This document shows positions 22,674 through 34,700 of a DNA stretch of 64,000 bases, piece by piece (position 1 is the stretch's first letter; every line of letters starts with the position of its first letter). The translations under genes and the position numbers were made by a program. The stretch is taken from the NCBI GenBank assembly GCA_043228905.1, contig JBHGNT010000014.1, positions 12,090,001 to 12,154,000 on the forward strand. The letters run 5' to 3'. Below the pieces are notes generated by a model. The model was not told the DNA's origin, did no database searches, and saw nothing but the letters and a program-made list of their open reading frames with translations. The DNA comes from Azolla caroliniana. Its lineage: Eukaryota; Plantae; Polypodiophyta.

Positions 22674-25014
22674 CATTCTTCCTGTCATATAGATGTGACA
22701 GCTTCTGCCACATCTCATAGGAATTTGTGTCATTTGCCACATGATGAAGGACACTCACATCGACACACTGTCTGATGGTGGCTACCGCCTTTCTGTTCAG
22801 CAGTTTCCATTCAAACTCTAACAGCCGCGTGGGTATTTCTGCTCTATCGATGGGCTCATACATGTCTTTAACTATGAGAAGTTCTTCCATCTTTGTCTTT
22901 CAGTTTGCATAGTTCTGAGAGTTTAGGACTATCATACCTAGGAAGCCACTAACACAGCCTTCCATGCTTGCATCCCAAGCTCTAATACCAGTTTGTAGAG
23001 ATGGATCTTAAATCTCACTGAAGGATACATAGTTCAGAATAGAAAACAACAAATAGACAAAGATATACGATGCACACAGTTTTACGTGGAAACCCTAATT
23101 GGGGAAAACCACGGTGTCGTGAAGATTTCCGGCAACGGTGAGAAAATCGGGTACAACAAATAAAATGGGGATGTGCAACGACTTGCACATGCACATGAGA
23201 AAATGTGTATAGAAATAAGAAAGGGGAGGAATATTGGGCCTCCCACATTGTAACGTCCCTCTCTCCTTGAACTATAAAATGAGGTGAGGGGGCTCTTATT
23301 AAAGGGTCGCCCATTTTGAGTTAGGAGGGGGTACCACTTAGATCTAGGGTTTCCTTTTCCTCATTCCCCTTCTCTAGGGTTTGGTAGTTTTCTTCTTCTT
23401 CTTCTTCTTCTTCTTCTTCTTCTTCTTCTTTTTCTTCTTTCATTAGGTTTCTTCTTGAGGTCTTTTGATGTTCTTCTTGAGTGGAGGTTTATTGTTCCGT
23501 TTTGGTTCTTCATCTTGTGAGAGTTCATGACCGACTTAGGGTTTCATTTTTCTTCGTGTGACTTAGGGTTTATGCGTTTAGGGTTTAAGTGTTACTCTCT
23601 TCATCTTCATCTTCATCTTCATCTTCATCTTCATCTTCATCTTCATCTTCTTTGTGTGAGAGTTTGGTTTTCATTTGGGGTTTCTACAATGGCGGCTCTT
23701 CGGCATTCCGGTCGCGACACATGGTGGCTCAGCTTCCTCTCCTCGATGGTGAGCGTTTCACGTGGCAGCTAGTTCGAGAAGGGATAGCAAAGTGGCATGG
23801 GAACACTCCATCGTCATCGTGCCTGACCAACTTGACTCGCCGTCGCCGATTCTCGTTTCCTAACATTGATTAGCAGATTGCTTTGTAATAACCACCGGAT
23901 TCGTGGCATGTAAGCCGATTGGTTGTAAAAGCATTTGTAATATATATATATATATATATTGGGCATATTCCTCTTCTATTTTAGGTATTTGAGTTTGGTC
24001 CTTCATCACGGCTTATCATTCCGTTGTCGTGAAAATTTTCGGCAATAGTGTGAAAATCCCATAAAACGTACAAAATCGAGTATGAATCACGTAATACAAT
24101 AATTATGAAGATAACATTTTTAATATCTAAGTACAAAATGATGGAGGTTTTGAATGCACTTTATTACACGAGAAATAGACAACTAAATGTCAAGATATGA
24201 GGGTATAAAGTTTATGAAAAGAAAAGAGAAAATTGTGAGATATCCCACATAGGCACGACAAATACGGCTCTCATCATATATAAGGTGGAGCAAAAGATAT
24301 TATCTTTGTGTCTATGTGTGGAGCATAGAGAGTTCAAGGTAACTTGAACTTAGAGTGGAGGTGGCTAGCTACTCGGAAAGGGTTTTGGCCAACCAAAACC
24401 GGACCGGCGATGGAGCCGGTGATCCGACGGCATCCGATCGGTATCCGGCGGCGGCATCCGGCGGCGGCACCGGTATCCGGCGAACCGGCGACTAGATAAA
24501 ATAAATATATAAAAATATATACATATTTACATATACAAGGAGGGCAAGTATAGATTCAAACCTTGCACCTCCAAGTTAGGAGTCAAATGGCTTACCATTA
24601 AGCCATGGTATTTAGTTTCAATTATATTTCTATCATTGTACTTTTACATGTAAATTCTCATCCATGAGAGCTAAAATGAGTGACATGGTTAGCATGCACC
24701 ACATGTAATACTTAAGCGCCAAATGGCAAACATGCAATTTATGCATGTCTTGTACCCTCACATGCATCATATGCATGAGAGCATCTATAAAAGAGGGAAG
24801 GGGGAGGAGAAAAACACGGTTTTTTTGTATGAAAATTAAGAGGAAAAAATTCGTTATCAAATCAATTGTGTAATCTCAACTTCTCTCTTTCCCAATCTAT
24901 CTTAAGTACTTTCTCGCCAAAGCTTGTATCGACTCTAAATCCTTCCGGTCCAGAACCCCGGCGGTTCCGCCTCACGATCCGCGCGTAGTGACGGATCTTC
25001 ACGACATAATTAAG

Positions 25015-25032
25015 TGGTGAACCCGACGTGAA
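25015..25032 (+). promoter_or_regulatory. Primer binding site for tRNA-Trp
   Basis: TGGTGAACCCGACGTGAA is complementary to the 3' 18 nt of plant tRNA-Trp (TTCACGTCGGGTTCACCA, recalled sequence). Confidence 0.85.
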
Positions 25033-25073
25033 AGAGGCGGTAGGAAGGATCAAGTCGAGATTAATACTTGGAG

Positions 25074-27248
25074 ATGGCGTCCTCAAGCAACCAAGCAGGA
25101 GAGCTCGAAAGGATGATGCTAATCGTCGAGCAAATGATGAGATCTCGAGGCAACGACGCGAGCGTGGAGAAGGCTGTCGATCGTGTCGTAGAGCTCGAGG
25201 GCCAATTCGATGGAAGGAACGTTACGAAGTTCCTTGATGCATATAAGAGGGAGATGAATCAAAGGGACGTGTCCGAGGCACGTCAAATCGCAAGCTTCAA
25301 GAGAGTTGTCGCCAACAACATCCAAAGACGCGTCATCGAGCTTCAAGAAGGAAAGACCACATGGTCCGAGTTCGAGAAAATGATACTAGCGGAGTTCGTG
25401 ACTGAAGACTCAACGAGGATGACTCGACATGCCCTGATGAAGTGGATAGAGAAGAAGAATAAGAAGATGAGCGTCTCGAGGGTGTACGACGAATTCGACC
25501 AGATGTTTAGTCGTCTCCCCAATACGGACCAAGTATTGCTTGAAGAGGACAAGACTTTGTACTTCTTGAAGGCCATGGACATAAAGGATAGACGGGAGTT
25601 GGGGACTCTTCTCGAAGATGATACCCAAGCAAATGGGCTCGTAGCGGACTGGATCGCGGTGAAGCGGGCATGCAATAGGCTCGACAAGCGTCACCAATGG
25701 GTTGATGACACCGACTTGACGGGACCGACTACCACGGAGAAAGCAAGACCGCCGAAAGTAGCTGAGCCGCTGAGACAAAGTAACGTGGAAGAAAAGAAGA
25801 TTGATGACGACATCATTGAAGAGCTAGCGAAGAAGTTCGAGAAGGTCACTCTAGCCAACATGAATCGTCGGGGCCCTAAAGGAAAAGAACCCTTTAGATG
25901 CGTGTGGTGCGATAGCATGGACCACATGAGAAGGGATTGTGCGAGCCTTCGAGAGGCGATTCGACAAAATATCGTATACATAGAGGACAACATGATCTGC
26001 TCAAGCGAGACTAGAAGACCCCTACGGGTGAATTTCGGAAGAGGAGGAATGAAGAAATCTATGGAGGATGCCGATGCGACTCATGTGGATGCGATGCACT
26101 ATGCTGCGTCGGCCGGAATAAGAGTCGGGAAAGACAAGACTGAAGCTGCTAGAGCGGGAGCAAAGTTTTGGACTTCCGTTCTCGAATATGAGAAGAAGGG
26201 AAAAGTCACATCGAACGAGGTAGAGCTTGCGGACCGAAACGTGCAAAGCATAACCGGGTGGTCGGATCCGGTGGACGACAACACCATACTCGCAGAGGTG
26301 ATGTGCGACAACCACGAGGTGTTCGTCGAAGAAAAGAGAAAGAGAATAGAAGAGCAAGGCCCATCTAAAAGACATGAAACAAGAAACACGAAAAAGAAGG
26401 ACGATGCGGAGACGAGTCGACCTTTACAAACGGAGGAACGAGAATCAAGCCGAAAAGGGGAGCCGAGCATACGAGTTGAAGAAACGGTTCGGCCCGTGAA
26501 GGTTGGTGTCGAAGACCCCGCTCGGAGGACAAGGACCATACCTACTTATAAGCTAAGGTCGGACATAGAGTAGACGACGGACCTAAAGAAGATTCTCGAA
26601 GAACGAGTTCTTGATAGCCACGTAACTTTGTCCTTGAGGGAATTGCTTGGCATTACGAAGAAGGAGTTCCATGACACGATCGTGGACCTTGTAAAGAGAA
26701 AGAGACAACAATCGGACGAGGAAGAAGAGAAGCCGCAGAAAGCAAAAATGAATGCCATAACGATGGCAAGAGACGAAATCGATGAAGATATGGTGGACAG
26801 CCACTACACTCGACCTCATTGGGCACGAGCGACAACGGAGACGCCGGTAAAGATCGGGGAGAAGAAAGAGACCGTCGTAGCCTTGATCGACCACGGCTCG
26901 GAGATCAAAAAGGGAAGATGGCCAATCAATACAAACCACGGATGAAAGATTCGCGCGGCAACAAAGTCTACGGAGGATTTGTACAGAGCTTGTCCCAATG
27001 TCAAAGTCACGATCGGGGATGTGGAGATGGATCAACACTCCTTCGTACAAGAATCGACGTCGCATCCTGTCATCCTAGGGCAACCTTATATCACATCATC
27101 TCGGATGGAGACCAAAGTGTTCGATAATGGAGCAGCCTTCGCACGAATAAAGAGTCTTGACAACCAAAGATCGGTCCAATTCCTAACAGTGCGAGCCAAT
27201 CATGAAAGGAATCGAGATAGTCTCGGAGGCGAATCCTCGGATTTTTAG
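25074..27248 (+). pseudogene. Gag-protease ORF with two in-frame stops
   Basis: Gag FDGRNVTKFL, CCHC CVWCDSMDHMRRDC, a DUF4100-like segment and PR LIDHGSEI...VILGQP. The frame is constant, with stops at 26571 and 26943. Confidence 0.85.
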
Positions 27249-30200
27249 AGCGGACTATTGAAGCATGGGGCACAAATAGTCCGAGCAATCACAAGACCCC
27301 ACAAGAAAGAAGAGTGCGTGGATTGCAAGGAGTAGCAACATGTGTCACACCTAGTGGCGCATGTAAACTAGTACTACCCGACAAGAAGCACAAGCACCGG
27401 ATACAAGAATTCGAGAAGATGCTGAAAGAAGAGAACATAATAAAAGAAGGGGAGTTCCTGACTCATATTATGGAAGAAGCCTCATTTAACGACACCATCG
27501 GCGAAATCGAGGACGTCGTGGACTTGAGCTATCTTCACAACCAATGCGTGATTTCGGTTAACTCCGTCAACATGTACGCTATCATCGATGAATACCGTCG
27601 TGGCCTCTCGATGAAGGAAGCTGACATCAACACGAAATATAAAACGGTGGATAAGAAGATCAAGCCAGTTGCGGTTCCGCTACCGGAAGATAGCTGGCAA
27701 AAGATGAAGGAAGTCGCTAACGATCCAAGCTTAAGAGATCCGAAGAAGATAGGTCATGACTTCACCAAAGAGACGAAGGGGAAGCTACGAGTTGGAAAGG
27801 AGGATTTCCTTCTCCCTGAAGAGGAGCGAATGTTTTGCGATATGCTTGAGAGACATGGGAAGGCTTTCGCATTCTTCCCACGAGAAATCGGATGCGCCGA
27901 CCCAAAGGTTATAGAGCCAATGGTGATCTTCACGGTGCCTCATGTGCCTTGGAATTTGAGACCGATACCGGTTCCGAGAGCACACCTTCCAAAGTTGATC
28001 GAGCTCTTAAAGGAGAAGGTGAGTATGGGAATTCTAGAACCGTCGAATGCTCCTTATTCCAATAGGTGGTTCACGGTGCCGAAGAAGAATGGATCATTGC
28101 GATTCATCCAAGATCTTCAACCCGTCAACAAGGTGACAATTCGAAATGCCGGAATCGGTCCGAGCGTGGACGAATTTGCCGAAGCGTTTGCGGGCCGGTC
28201 CATCTACTCCATTGGCGATCTCTACTCCGGATATGACCAATTCCAGTTGGCGATCGACAGTCGGGACATTACAACCATGAGGACTCCGATCGGGCTTGTG
28301 CGGATGTGTACCTTACCCCAAGGCGCAACGAACTCGGTGGCTCATATGGTGAATGCCATGAATAAAGTCTTGAAGGATTGCATTCCGGACATCACGATGC
28401 CATTCTTGGATGATATTCCGATAAAAGGATGTTCGGATGAGGAGAAAGATGAATCGAAAGATAAGGAAGGTTGTAGAAAGTTCGTTGCGGATCATATGAA
28501 AGATTGTGAGAAGGTGCTTCAAAGGCTCGAAGATGCGAATTTGACATTTTCGGGAGAAAAATCCGCATTCGGGCAACCGGAGATCTTGGTGGTAGGTCAC
28601 TTGTGTGGAGCATACGGCCGGAAGCCCTCGCCATCCAAAGTGAACGCAATCCAAGACATGAAAGAAGAATGCGAAAACCAAACGGAGGTTCGAAGGTTCC
28701 TTGGAGCGTGCGCGTTTTATCATATATGGATTCCTCACTACGCTCATGTCGCCGAACCGTTATATGGACTACTAAAGAAAAGAATAAAGTTCGAATGGCG
28801 AGACGAGCACAGAGAGGCGATGCGAAGGTTAAAGAAACAGCTTCTTGAAGCTCCGGCACTAAGGAAGGCCGACTATGCCGAAGGGAAACCAATTTACGTG
28901 ACGGTAGATACGAGCCCAACCGGAATCGGGTGGGTCATCAATCAAGAAGGTGAAGATAATGCGCGATATGCTGTCCGGTTCGGAGCAAAGGTTCTCAGCG
29001 AACGGCAACAAAGATATGCCCAAGTCAAGCGGGAACTTTGGGGTATTGTGTCGGCAGTGAAGACGGACAAAGATTACCTGATCAGGTCAGAAGTGATAAT
29101 AGAGACAGATTGTCTCCCAATTCTCGGAATGATCTCGGGATGTGCGACCCCAGATCTTGCTATGCTAAGGTGGATCGCCTACATCAAGTCTTTAAACCCA
29201 GAGATCCGTCACATCGCAGGGAAGAAGAACGCCATGGCTGACATGCTGTCGAGGGCAAGATTTTCAAATGGAAGTAACATGGTTTCGGAAGATGAAGATG
29301 TCGCCCTCAACTTCTTCAAGATGGCTCGATTGTCGGCGGAAGACCAGGACACGCAAACCCTCCACGCCTTCAACGAGAATGAGTACGAAGGAGAATGGTT
29401 ACTCATCGGTAGATTCCTAAGAACATTGACAACAGATGCTTCGTTGACAAAGGAGGAGGCCCTACGAATCCGAAAGAAAGCTTATCGATACTTCTTGAAG
29501 GGAGGATTCCTTTGGCGACATCCAAAAAAAAGGACAAGAATACCACGTCGAGTGGTGGTAAAGAAAGAAGAGCAAGAGACGCTGATGACCGAATTCCACG
29601 AGAGTGCTTGGGCAAGTCATAGAGGAACATGGGCGACGTTTGAAAAGTTGAAGGAGAAGTACTGGTGGCCAAGCATATACAAAGATGTACTCCATTTCGT
29701 GTCCACATGCGAAACTTGCCAAGTATATTCAAATATACGTCATCGTGATGAGTTAAAGCCGACATACCCACTCACCATACACTTCAAATGGATGGTGGAT
29801 CTGGTCTCGATGCCAATGGGAGTGGGACAAATGAAGTACTTAGCGCTGGCAAGGGAAGACTTCACAAATCAAGTGGAAGGACGAGCCTTGACAAATAAGA
29901 CGACTTCAGCCGTTTGCAAATTTCTACTTGAAGATGTTGTTTGCCGATATGGATGTGTAGGGAAGATAGTGGCCGACCGAGGGGAGTTGGACGCGCACGA
30001 AGCGACGGAGCTCTTCGAAAGACTAGGCGTGAAGCTCTCCCTCACGACTGCCTACAATCCGGAAGCAAATGGGAAGATCGAGCGAGGGCATGGACCTATC
30101 GTTAAAGCCATCGTACGGGCATGCAACGGTCGAGTCGGGAATTGGCCACGACTATTACCCTATGCCTTGTGGGCCGATAGAACGACACATAGCTTAGTGA

Positions 30201-30733
30201 CAGGGTATATGCCGACGGAGCTTATGTATGGACAAAAGCCGATTATGCCCATCGAAAGAACAATCGCCTCATGGGTAGCGATACCGTGGGGGAACGAGAT
30301 GAGCCGAGAAGAGTTATTAGCGGCGCGGATAAGGCAACTTGAAAGAAGACCTAAAGATTTAGAAAAAGCGCGAAAGATGATGAAGGCAACCCGAGTAAAG
30401 AACAAAGTTTGGTTCGACAACACGCATCGACTTCGTCCCAAGAAGATTGAAGAAGGGGATTGGGTTTTGGTTTACGACAGCACCCTTGACAATCAACATA
30501 GTACAACAAGGAAGTTCGCAAGAAGATGGTTCGGGCCGTATGTGGTGACAAGTGCCAACGATAATGCCACATACCACCTTGCGGAACTAGACGGATCAAG
30601 GTTGGCTGTACCCATTGCGGGGAAAAGAGTAAAGCTTTTCAAGAAAAGACAAGACAAGGATCCTGACCTCGATTACCTCGATGATGAACATAATAGGCTG
30701 GATGAAAATGAAGACATGGAGGAATCTAATTGA
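27242..30733 (+). CDS. Pol (RT-RH-INT), open, probably reached by -1 frameshift
   Basis: RT (DLYSGY, LPQG, FLDD), RH (VDTS, ETDC) and INT (H-H-C-C, VDL, ADRG, NGKIE, GPY). The frame is open back to 27242. Confidence 0.9.
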   Translation, partial: FLERTIEAWGTNSPSNHKTPQERRVRGLQGVATCVTPSGACKLVLPDKKHKHRIQEFEKMLKEENIIKEGEFLTHIMEEASFNDTIGEIEDVVDLSYLHNQCVISVNSVNMYAIIDEYRRGLSMKEADINTKYKTVDKKIKPVAVPLPEDSWQKMKEVANDPSLRDPKKIGHDFTKETKGKLRVGKEDFLLPEEERMFCDMLERHGKAFAFFPREIGCADPKVIEPMVIFTVPHVPWNLRPIPVPRAHLPKLIELLKEKVSMGILEPSNAPYSNRWFTVPKKNGSLRFIQDLQPVNKVTIRNAGIGPSVDEFAEAFAGRSIYSIGDLYSGYDQFQLAIDSRDITTMRTPIGLVRMCTLPQGATNSVAHMVNAMNKVLKDCIPDITMPFLDDIPIKGCSDEEKDESKDKEGCRKFVADHMKDCEKVLQRLEDANLTFSGEKSAFGQPEILVVGHLCGAYGRKPSPSKVNAIQDMKEECENQTEVRRFLGACAFYHIWIPHYAHVAEPLYGLLKKRIKFEWRDEHREAMRRLKKQLLEAPALRKADYAEGKPIYVTVDTSPTGIGWVINQEGEDNARYAVRFGAKVLSERQQRYAQVKRELWGIVSAVKTDKDYLIRSEVIIETDCLPILGMISGCATPDLAMLRWIAYIKSLNPEIRHIAGKKNAMADMLSRARFSNGSNMVSEDEDVALNFFKMARLSAEDQDTQTLHAFNENEYEGEWLLIGRFLRTLTTDASLTKEEALRIRKKAYRYFLKGGFLWRHPKKRTRIPRRVVVKKEEQETLMTEFHESAWASHRGTWATFEKLKEKYWWPSIYKDVLHFVSTCETCQVYSNIRHRDELKPTYPLTIHFKWMVDLVSMPMGVGQMKYLALAREDFTNQVEGRALTNKTTSAVCKFLLEDVVCRYGCVGKIVADRGELDAHEATELFERLGVKLSLTTAYNPEANGKIERGHGPIVKAIVRACNGRVGNWPRLLPYALWADRTTHSLVTGYMPTELMYGQKPIMPIERTIASWVAIPWGNEMSREELLAARIRQLERRPKDLEKARKMMKATRVKNKVWFDNTHRLRPKKIEEGDWVLVYDSTLDNQHSTTRKFARRWFGPYVVTSANDNATYHLAELDGSRLAVPIAGKRVKLFKKRQDKDPDLDYLDDEHNRLDENEDMEESN

Positions 30734-30805
30734 TCATCGTAGCCGAAATCTCACTTCTTCTCTTCTTGGCACGTACCGGAGGATGTGCGGTTTGGTGGGG
30801 GTGGA

Positions 30806-31787
30806 TGTCGTGAAGATTTTCGGCAATAGTGTGAAAATCCCATAAAACGTACAAAATCGAGTATGAATCACGTAATACAATAATTATGAAGATAACATTT
30901 TTAATATCTAAGTACAAAATGATGGAGGTTTTGAATGCACTTTATTACACGAGAAATAGACAACTAAATGTCAAGATATGAGGGTATAAAGTTTGTGAAA
31001 AGAAAAGAGAAAATTGTGAGATATCCCACATAGGCACGACAAATACGGCTCTCATCATATATAAGGTGGAGCAAAAGATATTATCTTTGTGTCTATGTGT
31101 GGAGCATAGAGAGTTCAAGGTAACTTGAACTTAGAGTGGAGGTGGCTAGCTACTCGGAAAGGGTTTTGGCCAACCAAAACCGGACCGGCGATGGAGCCGG
31201 TGATCCGACGGCATCCGATCGGTATCCGGCGGCGGCATCCGGCGGCGGCACCGGTATCCGGCGAACCGGCGACTAGATAAAATAAATATATAAAAATATA
31301 TACATATTTACATATACAAGGAGGGCAAGTATAGATTCAAACCTTGCACCTCCAAGTTAGGAGTCAAATGGCTTACCATTAAGCCATGGTATTTAGTTTC
31401 AATTATATTTCTATCATTGTACTTTTACATGTAAATTCTCATCCATGAGAGCTAAAATGAGTGACATGGTTAGCATGCACCACATGTAATACTTAAGCGC
31501 CAAATGGCAAACATGCAATTTATGCATGTCTTGTACCCTCACATGCATCATATGCATGAGAGCATCTATAAAAGAGGGAAGGGGGAGGAGAAAAACACGG
31601 TTTTTTTGTATGAAAATTAAGAGGAAAAAATTCGTTATCAAATCAATTGTGTAATCTCAACTTCTCTCTTTCCCAATCTATCTTAAGTACTTTCTCGCCA
31701 AAGCTTGTATCGACTCTAAATCCTTCCGGTCCAGAACCCCGGCGGTTCCGCCTCACGATCCGCGCGTAGTGACGGATCTTCACGACA
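30806..31787 (+). repeat. 3' LTR of the Trp-primed Ty3 element
   Basis: Direct repeat of 24025-25006. Confidence 0.95.
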
Positions 31788-34700
31788 CCGTTGAACCCGG
31801 AATTGTCCTCAACTGGAAACCCTACCTTTGTCAATTGGATCTGTCTGGAAACCGATCTGGAAAGAAAACCAATCAGCCTAAGTTGATGCAAGTTGAAAGC
31901 CGACGTATCGAGCCTTGTAGAGCATAAGACCTCCACCATCCGTCTCCCTAGTCCGAGACCCCCGTAGTCCCGCCCAAGCCGATACGTGCATGTGGAATAC
32001 CGTGACATATTTGGTGATGCCGACGTGAAGGGCGGCAAGGGAGGATGGAGGTGGGCGAAGAAGGCTTCGTAGTGAAGGCAATGTCGAAGGTGATGATGGA
32101 CATACGTGGAAGAAGGGTGAATGAGAAATGGCTTGGAAGCCGTTGAGAGCGCGTTCAAAGAAGTCGACCATTGAAATGGGGATGGGGTCCCAAAATTTTT
32201 GAAGCCCATGATGTCGGGATTGATCGAAGGAAGAAGGGCGAGGCAACGGGCTAGAAAATTTACCCGGTGGTTGTGGCCGTAGTGTCACAAAGAGGTAGAA
32301 GATCTCCGAGAAGCTCGTAATTCGTGGGGTCTTTCAAAGGAGTTTACCAAAGAGGCCTGAGCATGAGGGATCGAAGCAATAGAGTTGGCATGATATCGGA
32401 TAAAGAGGGGTATCATCAACGAGGACCTACCAAACTGCTACGCGGGTGCTCCTCGAGGTTTAGTGTTGCTTGCTCAACTCTCGGGGTGGAGTCAAAGATC
32501 AGTGGGGGTGGACAAGGCCTTGGCGATCCAGGAAGACAACCAATTGAAACTCGATCGATCCAGGAAGGGAGGCCGTCGAAGTGAAACTCGAGGATGATGA
32601 CGATGCAGATGACCTCGCCAAGTACGATTGAAGTGGTTACCGACAAGGTGATACGAAGAAGGATTTCTAGTCGGCAACAACACGATCCATCAAGGTCGGT
32701 CGAAGGAGTTCAAGGTGCGGCTACGGACCGCCACCTAAGGGAAGAAGCTCGAAACAGAAGTGTGGCGGTACTCGACATAAAAGCCTTGGTGAGGGAGGCG
32801 TACAAGAGCTCGAAGTTGAAAGTTGAGGCCGAAAGGAAGGTTAAGAAGGAACCCACGGAGGCGAACGGAGATCGAGGAGGAAGCCGCCTTCTTGACAGAT
32901 GCGGAATAATGATGAGTCCGTGCAAAGGTTCAATTTTGGTATGATGATACCACTACGAGAGAAGGTGTGGAACAAGTCACCTTCTCGACTTGCGGAGAAG
33001 AGATGGCCAAGGATGAGGCCGATGACTCGAGGGTTGCCGGTGCTACCTCGAAGGCGTCTGATGTTTTGGCACACGAAACATCGAGCAATGAAGGAGCAAG
33101 CGTGGTAGATCGAGTATGAGGCCTATTTAGCTAAGGAGACATCTATCGGGATGGAATTGAGACGGAAGAAACCAAGGACAAGTCTACGATGGGCAGTAGA
33201 GACGTGAGTCCCTCCACACTCGTTCTAGAGACTTCGGCAGTTCAGCCGGCATGGCAACGTAAAACCAAAGAGATGGAAAGTGGCAGACAAGAAGCAGAGG
33301 TCGAAGCCGAGGCAAGTGAAGGAGAGGTAGCCAAGAGGGTGGCCACGAACAAATGATGAAGGACCGGGCCGAGCCGAGTCGAGCTAAGATTGGGGCCAAA
33401 AATAGGTCAAACATATCAAGACTATGATGGCCAAGCCAGTCAAGAGACAGACCGACTCGATTGAGGGGTCCGAGGAGGACAAGGACGAGCTCTTGGCCAA
33501 GGATAGGTTCGACCCTAGAGTCCATGGTTCAGATCCAACAACGACCGGCGCCGAGGTCGGGTGGCGGTTCTGCGAGACTCCCGGTTGATCACCTTAGTCG
33601 GAATCTCCCATCTTCTCTTCCTTATCTTGGTATGTGTCAAAAAGGGACGAGACCATGGGGGTCTCGGACGAGGGAGAGATGGATACCGGGAGATTGACTC
33701 TCTCCTTGCTCGGTTGCGCCGATTGCGGCACAAACCGGAGTGATTCCGGATGCGTACCGAAGGCTACCAAATAGAGGAGAGAGAGTGTGTGAGTAAGAGA
33801 GAGAGAGAGCACGCGCGCAACACCGACTCAACACACGCCTCTTATGTACGGGAAATAGAAAGAAAGAAACGCACTCGACACCAACGAAGACACAAATATG
33901 CACAACCTTTTATATGTGTATTTACAAGACAACAAGATACATCTCCGGCTCCGAGCCAGACCTAGGTAGATCAAGTTATAACATCTGCATGCTGCCACGC
34001 CACCGGTCGGGGAGCTCTCAGGCTTGCCGCGCCGAGCAGGTTGTTGCACAGGAGACAGAGCAGAAACGAAACCACTAGTATATGCGAGCTCTCAACTGAA
34101 CTAAACCCTAAACAAACACAAAGAAGACCTTACAGAAGACCTAAAGTAAGAAGAAGAGAAAACTAACATACCTTCGACCTAAGTGGTATACCCTCCTAAC
34201 TCAAAATGGGCAACCCCTCATATGAGCCCCTTCCTCTCTTTTTATAGCCCAAGGAGGGAAGGACGTTACAATGTGGGATTCCAATTGTAACGTCCCGGGA
34301 TCCGTCCAAAAACCGATACGTGTTGTTCCTTCCGGAAGTCAATCCAGAAAGAAAGCCAATCGACCGAAGCCGACGCAAGTGCAAAGCTGACGTGTTGAGG
34401 CTTGTAGAGCATAAGACCTACACCATCCATCTCCCTAGTCCGAAACTCCCGTGGTCCCGCCTAGGCCGACACGTGCACGTAGAATACCGCGACAACAGGA
34501 GAACAAATCTTCCACTATACATTGAGAATACAAAGAACGATTACAACTCTTCTTTGATGCTCAGAGGATAACCACTTAGGGTTCTTGGCAGGCTCGCTAA
34601 ACTCTACCACCTCTCTCTCTTTCTCACGCACTCTCTTGTCTCTTTGTAACTCTTCTCGCTACAGGAACTAGTATGCTATTCTACCCTTTTGTTCTACTCG

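Larger units (their letters stand above)
24025..31787 (+). mobile_element. Full-length Ty3/gypsy LTR retrotransposon (fungal-like RT, tRNA-Trp PBS)
   Basis: 982-bp LTRs at 24025-25006 and 30806-31787 (TGTCGTG...CACGACA) with 2 substitutions seen. 4-bp TSD CCGT. G-rich PPT before 30806. Confidence 0.95.
23115..34494 (+). mobile_element. Non-autonomous LTR element of the TGTCGTG/Trp-PBS group with a rearranged 3' end
   Basis: 5' LTR at 23115-24024 plus 31792-32007. PBS TGGTGATGCCGACGTGAA at 32012-32029. Non-coding internal region. The last ~170 bp (to 34494) repeats the end of the 5' LTR. TSD ACGG/ACAG inside the copia LTR. Confidence 0.72.

Noticed and set aside
32324-33600. Short ORFs in the internal region of the non-autonomous element
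   Set aside because: No recognisable domain; overlapping short frames in purine-rich degenerate sequence.
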